Source of the DNA: Eledone cirrhosa
Taxonomy: Eukaryota
DNA length: 64,000 nucleotides
Reading direction: 5' to 3'
Assembly: GCA_964016885.1 (NCBI GenBank)
Contig: OZ024748.1
Coordinates: 50,468,001 to 50,532,000, forward strand
Shown here: piece after piece, positions 57,190-64,000 of the stretch
Layout of the letters: every line of letters begins with the position of its first letter
Position numbering within the stretch: the first letter of the stretch is position 1
Position numbers and translations under genes: made by a program
The notes under the pieces: model-generated
What the model was told of the DNA's origin: nothing
Seen by the model: the letters and a program-made list of their open reading frames with translations, nothing else
Database searches by the model: none

Positions 57190-58467
57190 GGGTGGGGGTC
57201 TGTGTGTATATATGGATGTGTGTTTATATACATGCTACTGTGTCCACGTTTTCTATTATTTTCCATTGTTTTGTTTTCCTCTTCGACATTTTTCTTCATT
57301 TCCGTTCGCAATATTGTGAGTGCCGAGATGAACGTGGAATGTAGAAATAAATATTTTGTTTCGTTTGATTTTTAAAGCTTTTTTCATTTCTTTTGTTTTG
57401 TTTCTTGTGTTTCGACAACAACACCAAACAAATATCACTCCCATACACCACCACCACTACTACTACTACTCAGACCAGCACAAACAAAATACATACAGTC
57501 ACACATGCTTACAAACATATACTGTAAACAGAGAAACATACACGTGCATATATATATACCGAAATCCAACATCACTTTCTATTTATTCATTGTTATAACA
57601 AATAAAGAAATTTAGCTTAAAATTCCAGATTCTCTCAGACGTAACGAGGAAGTAAGCGTGGACAATCAAAGCGAATATTAATACAAAACAATCTGAATTT
57701 ACGCTTCTAGCAAAGAAAACCCAGACATTCTAACGGATGGGGCGGTGGGTGTATTATTATTATTATTATCATTATTATTATTGTTGTTGTTTTTGTTGTT
57801 TTTGTTTTGTTTCTTTGTTGATTCTGTTGTTGTTGTTGTTGCTGTCGTCGTCGTTGTTGTTGTTATTGCTTTTTTTCCAGTGAATTGCTTCTTCTTTCAA
57901 ATAAACGAATGACCAGATAAAATGCGAATGCTTTCAGCTAATTAATGAAAGAATTCTCTCACTTTAACGTTATTGGTGTATATGTCTAAACGCAATGTTT
58001 TCTTGTTTTAGACGCCGGCGTGTGTATTTGTATGTGTGCATGTGGATAACTCTTGCGATACATTATTCCGTTTGAGTGTCTATAAATAAATGTGTGTGTT
58101 TAAGCAAGTGCGAATGAGAGAGAGAGAAGTCAAGAAGAAGTTTGTATGAAATTATTTATAAGATGCATAAATGTGTCTTTGGTTTTATGTTAAAATATGG
58201 TGATTTCATTATGTTTAAACCTCACATACGCAGGCAGATATATAATTTTTAGATATATACGAACACGGTGCATATTTCCTTTAAGCCTTGGATTAAATTG
58301 TTCAAACATACTTTAAAGGACTCAATACAAGACAAATAGAGTGGATATGTACATAGACATATGCACGCAAGCAAAAACACATACACATGGGCGTGTGCGT
58401 GCGTAATTATAAATACATTTCCTCGGTAAAAACTAGAATTAACATTTCGCATTTTCGACACCAGATG

Positions 58468-58525
<58 letters not shown>

Positions 58526-58879
58526 GAACTTAAGTTCAGTAATTGTTGTTGACTTTAATTTTCTCTCTTCGAGCTGCTCACACAACTGTCTCTGGGTTTC
58601 CCTCTTCGGTTTGTTGTTTCTCGATCTTTTCGCTGTTTTTGCGCTTTTCTCTTTTCTTACCTTTTCCCTTCTGTTATTATATATTCTTTCTCTCTGTCCC
58701 TTTTTTCCCCAATAACCTCCTTTAGTTATTGCCGCACTGGAGCTAGATATCTTGTCTTTAATGCGTAGAAAAATCCAGGACCCCCTGCAGAAAACTGATG
58801 AAGGAAAACTTTCTACCGTTCATGCTTTCTTCTTATTTTTAAGTATGACTTATCCCGCAACTACACAGTCCCTCTCTTC

Positions 58880-58939
<60 letters not shown>

Positions 58940-59149
58940 AATATATATATATATATATATAAATATATATATATATAAATATATACATATTTATATAAAT
59001 ATATATATATATAAGTATAATGTATAAAAATCAATACAAAATAATTACCTCATTACCAGAGGTTTCCCGAATAAGACGAATACGAAAGAGACATCTTCAT
59101 TCGTTCGTCGGACGAGGCAATATAAAACATAGATAAATAATTTGCGTAA

Positions 59150-59757
59150 TCTCTTTAGAATAGTTATTCGTTCGTCAATACATAAGCCACACGTCGGATT
59201 TCCCCTTGTGTATGGCTTGGACTTAGTGATGGCTTTCCATTGAATGGAGTAGTCTATACTTGAGTCCTTGAGCGACCATACGTGGCTCGCGAGTTTCGTG
59301 GATGAACGTCTGTCCGGGTGCCTGAAGGTAGACTGGTGGTTCAGGAAACGTTCCTTAAATCGGCCCTCCGCCATGCCCACATAGGATTTGACCTCCTGTG
59401 GTTCGTTTGGTCGGTTGGAAGTGACTACAGCTTCATAAATTACAGCTGGTGTGTTGCATTGCTGTCGAAGGGTGCAAGCTTCAGGCTTACGGCAAGAACA
59501 CCCCGGTGGGGTGTTGCTGCTAAGGCTGGTGGTAATGTGGGCCTTCATGTTCTTAGCGCAGAAGTATCCTAGTTTAACTTTGTGGCGATTAAAGATGGAG
59601 CGGTATTTGTGACCTATGGGGAAGTGTTTATCTAAGAGGGCTAGAAATTGTTTTCCTACAGATGGTTTTAACGTTGATTGAGAAGGGAGGAGAGAACCAG
59701 ATAGTTTGTCTATTGTTGCGCTTAATTTTCTTAATGGTGTTGTTGCTAGTGGGAGAG
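59150..59757 (-). pseudogene. Penelope-like element (Naiad-type) RT-thumb/linker and GIY-YIG endonuclease fragment
   Basis: IWFSPPFSINVK (frameshift) VGKQFLALLDKHFP...IFNRHKVKLGYFCAKNM...CSCRKPEACTLRQQC...VIYEA...SYVG...FKERFLNH...LASHVW...CGLCIDE. Confidence 0.85.
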
Positions 59758-59823
59758 TATATATATATATATATAATTAACAATATACTCTACCAATTGT
59801 GTTATTTCTGTTTATCTTTTACT

Positions 59824-59887
<64 letters not shown>

Positions 59888-60444
59888 GAGAGAGGGAGGG
59901 AGAGAGAGAGAATGAGAGAGTGAGATATATAGATAGATATAATGATGCGGTGATGTTTATTAATTTGTAGGAGGGTATTACATATAGAACCGTTGCCTTA
60001 GTTTCTTTAATAGTTCAATATTAAGAAAAATCATCTTCAAATCTCTTGAGTTATAATAATAACGAATGAATTAAATTAATAATCGTTAAGTAGAAAGAGA
60101 GAGTAGGTGACTGTGAAGCAAGAAGAGATAATTCTACAGGTAATTATAGGTATAAGAGTTACATTTTTAAGCTAACTAATGACTGCACTGTAAATGTGGG
60201 GTGAGTGTTCGTAAATTACCAGCGTATTATTTATGGAAGTGTAAATTATAATGAAATATACTGACACCATTCTAGAATAAATAAGTAAACCTAATGCATC
60301 ATAATCGTGGATGTACTGATACGTATTTATAGCAGAAAAAACAAGGGAAATATATGTATAATTATATATACAAATACATCTATATCTATTTCTATATCTC
60401 TGTATATATCCTATATTATACATATACACATATATGTATGCATA

Positions 60445-60550
<106 letters not shown>

Positions 60551-60764
60551 AGGATGTACAGGTGTATGTATGATTGTCTTTGTGTATAAATGAAATTTGC
60601 GGACATTCTAGAATGTTCCTCTGAATTTTTGCCTCATTATTTGCGTTCATAAAAATTATTCAAAGGATGTATTGCGAAGATTTATAAGGAAGCCACAGAA
60701 AAGAAAATCGTGTACATATATATATATATGATATATTTATATGAATGTATATGTATGTGTAAGA

Positions 60765-60805
<41 letters not shown>

Positions 60806-61082
60806 CATAAATCTATAAACTATATATCTCTATATGCATATATATATATATATTTACACACTCACACACATACTTATGTATATAGTCGGATATAATTATG
60901 GATACATAATTACAGTGTTAGGAATACAACGAATTCATCTATATGCTGATTCGTATTGATGCTCGAGGCAATATGTGAAGTTTCTATTCTTTATTAGACG
61001 AAAATCTATCCACACGGAGACCGATGTAGTATGTTGAAAAACACGAGTACAATATCTTAGACACGTCACAAATATATATACG

Positions 61083-61122
<40 letters not shown>

Positions 61123-61139
61123 CACACATATTTTTTAAC

Positions 61140-61352
61140 GATCGACTTTCGTCAAATCGGACTGAGGGAACAATGTTTCCGTTGGTCTTTCCAATTGCTA
61201 ATACTATCTATCGGTCGCAACTCCAGGTAGAAGGAGCAACGTGAAATAAAGTGTCTTGCTCAAGGACATAACGCATCGCCTGGTCCAGGAATCGAACTCA
61301 AAACCTTACGATTGCGAATCCAATTCCCTAACCACTCAACCACACGCCTTCA
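61140..61352 (-). mobile_element. tRNA-derived SINE, second family
   Basis: Reverse-complement homolog of 13895-14107. Confidence 0.85.
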
Positions 61353-61370
61353 CATGTGAAAGCGTGTGTT

Positions 61371-62100
<730 letters not shown>

Positions 62101-62430
62101 GTCACCAAAACTATTCGTAAAGACCTGAAAATCCGCCCCTTCGTTGCTGTAGTGGAGTCTGTGCTGCTGTACGGGTCTGAGACTTGGACACTGACAAAGA
62201 AACTCACTCAGATGGTAGATGGGTGCTACACTAAATTGGTGAGGATGGCTCTGAACATTAATCAGTATACACTGAGGATGAAAAGCTCAGAGCTCTATGG
62301 GAACCTCCCAAATGTCAGCTCAAAAGTGACACAGAGGAGACTGAGGTTAGCTGGACCTGCTCACCGATATCCATAGTTGACATTGCACTCAGTGCTCCTG
62401 TGGGAGCCCCAACATGGACAGGCTGGAAGA
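62101..62430 (+). pseudogene. RTE-type LINE ORF2 C-terminal fragment
   Basis: [29 protein letters not shown]...[13 protein letters not shown]...QRRLRLAG. Confidence 0.85.
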
Positions 62431-64000
62431 TTGCTAGTATATATTGCACTTCGATTGCTAGTATTTTAGTTTAACTAATCTATAAATTTGCTTTTCTTAA
62501 TACCTGGTATTCTAATTATCGGAATCCTCCTTGTCTATTGTATATATATATATATATATATAATGTGTGCGTGTGTGTGCGTGTTTGTGTGTGTGTGTGT
62601 GTGTATGTGTGTGTGTGTTTGTGTATGTGTGTGTGTACATACATATATACATTATACATTCCTAAATATGTAAATATGTAAGTATATATGTATGTATATC
62701 TATATTTTTGCAGTTTCTGTTCACCACATTTCCCTCATAAGACATTCCGTACCCCGCAGCTATAATAGAATACACTTTCCACTTGCCATAACACTTCTTT
62801 ATTATTTGTAAATTTATTTAATCACCACGTAGCTTGTATATTCCAATTTTCGCATATCTTGTTTTCCCACCTATTTATTCATCGCCATCAATTTTGTAAA
62901 AAATAATATTGTATGCATATCTGAAGATTTAATCTTGTTATACAAATATCCATCATTTCCAATACATACTCACTAGATTTCATGTTAATTTTTCCTTCGT
63001 TTAATTTTCAGTAAATTCATTTATACGATTACTCCTAAACCTCTTACATATTTTGAAATAACCAACACGTAATGTAAGCTCCTGTGAAGGTGTTAAACTC
63101 GGTAATATTTGTCTCCATTCGCCCGCACATCACATTGTCCAATCCTGTAAAGCGAAACTCCCATAACATAGTATAGTCCTAGAATTGACTGGATAAATGA
63201 TGGACGTTTTGTTTTTGTTTGTTATAACAAAAACTGCTGCAACAATTCTTCTAATCTTAAATATTTGTACAATAACCTTTCTTTTGGTAGATATATCTTT
63301 TCTGCTAGAGATATAATTGTTATGTTGATTCTCAGCTTCCTTTTCGTTTGTGATAAATCAATTATCAATGTAGTTACAGCTTTCGTTTGAAGTTGAGACT
63401 ACGAGAAATATCCAAATATCTATAACGATTGAACGATACATCTACATGTTCACTCAATCTGCGATAAACAGCGTCCACCAAACCTCTTAAATCACACACA
63501 CCCCATTTGATAATCAGGTAGTTGGTTCGTCCACATAGGAAGAAGATATGATGATGAAGGTTAGAATGCTTTTAATCATACGTCTTTTCGATCAGGCTGT
63601 TCTGAGGCTAGCGACAACAAAAATAACACCAACAAAGTAACAAATATTTACAAGAGATCACAACATTATAAATGCTTTAAAATCCTGATCAATTGTAGAA
63701 AACTACATAGAAGACCAAATGGTTTCGGCGTTTTATATTGTTTTATTTATTGTTTAATAGCTTTTAAAATGTCTCCCAAATGATGTTAATATCTATTATT
63801 TCGATAAAAATTACCATCCGTTCTAATGCTATCCTTTTCGATCGAATACGTTTCCAACCATTCTTAATCTACTTTAAACTGCTAGATTACTTGAGAATTA
63901 TATAGTCGAATGCCCGTGTCCATAGAGCATAATATAAGGATTTATACAACTCAAATACTCTGTTTTTGAGAACCTAGTCATGCGCAGAGCTGATTTGCTA

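Noticed and set aside
58790-58820. CTGATGAAGGAAAACTT as a hammerhead
   Set aside because: No properly placed GAAA, stem III or cleavage triplet.
63000-63210. Minus-strand GEWRQILP resembling a Pif1/Helitron helicase motif
   Set aside because: There is an in-frame stop just upstream and I could find no other helicase motifs. A tBLASTn search would be needed.

Overview
Very AT-rich, microsatellite-saturated animal DNA with no recognisable host exon. The SINE, LINE and repeat make-up suggests an octopus or related cephalopod (inference). Almost all ORFs in the track are artefacts of (TA)n, (CA)n, (GA)n or (CCA)n repeats. The real coding remnants are retroelements: a Tx1/L1-type LINE (ORF1 plus APE endonuclease, 3' half missing), R4/Dong-type RLE elements in (AAT)n, several RTE-type 3' fragments, and a Naiad-type Penelope-like element (PLE) GIY-YIG fragment. 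There are also many tRNA-derived SINEs and MITE-like hairpins. The main find is a non-coding ~420-460 bp element at three loci (571-1644, 16274-16873, 28066-28954). It occurs as partial tandem and inverted copies inserted in (TA)n, and it carries a minimal type I hammerhead ribozyme (HHR) whose stem I shows a compensatory base change. This fits a retrozyme-like, non-autonomous PLE-type element. Two further, unrelated HHR-bearing repeat families and several HHR relics are also present. All RNA structures were paired by eye and none was computed.
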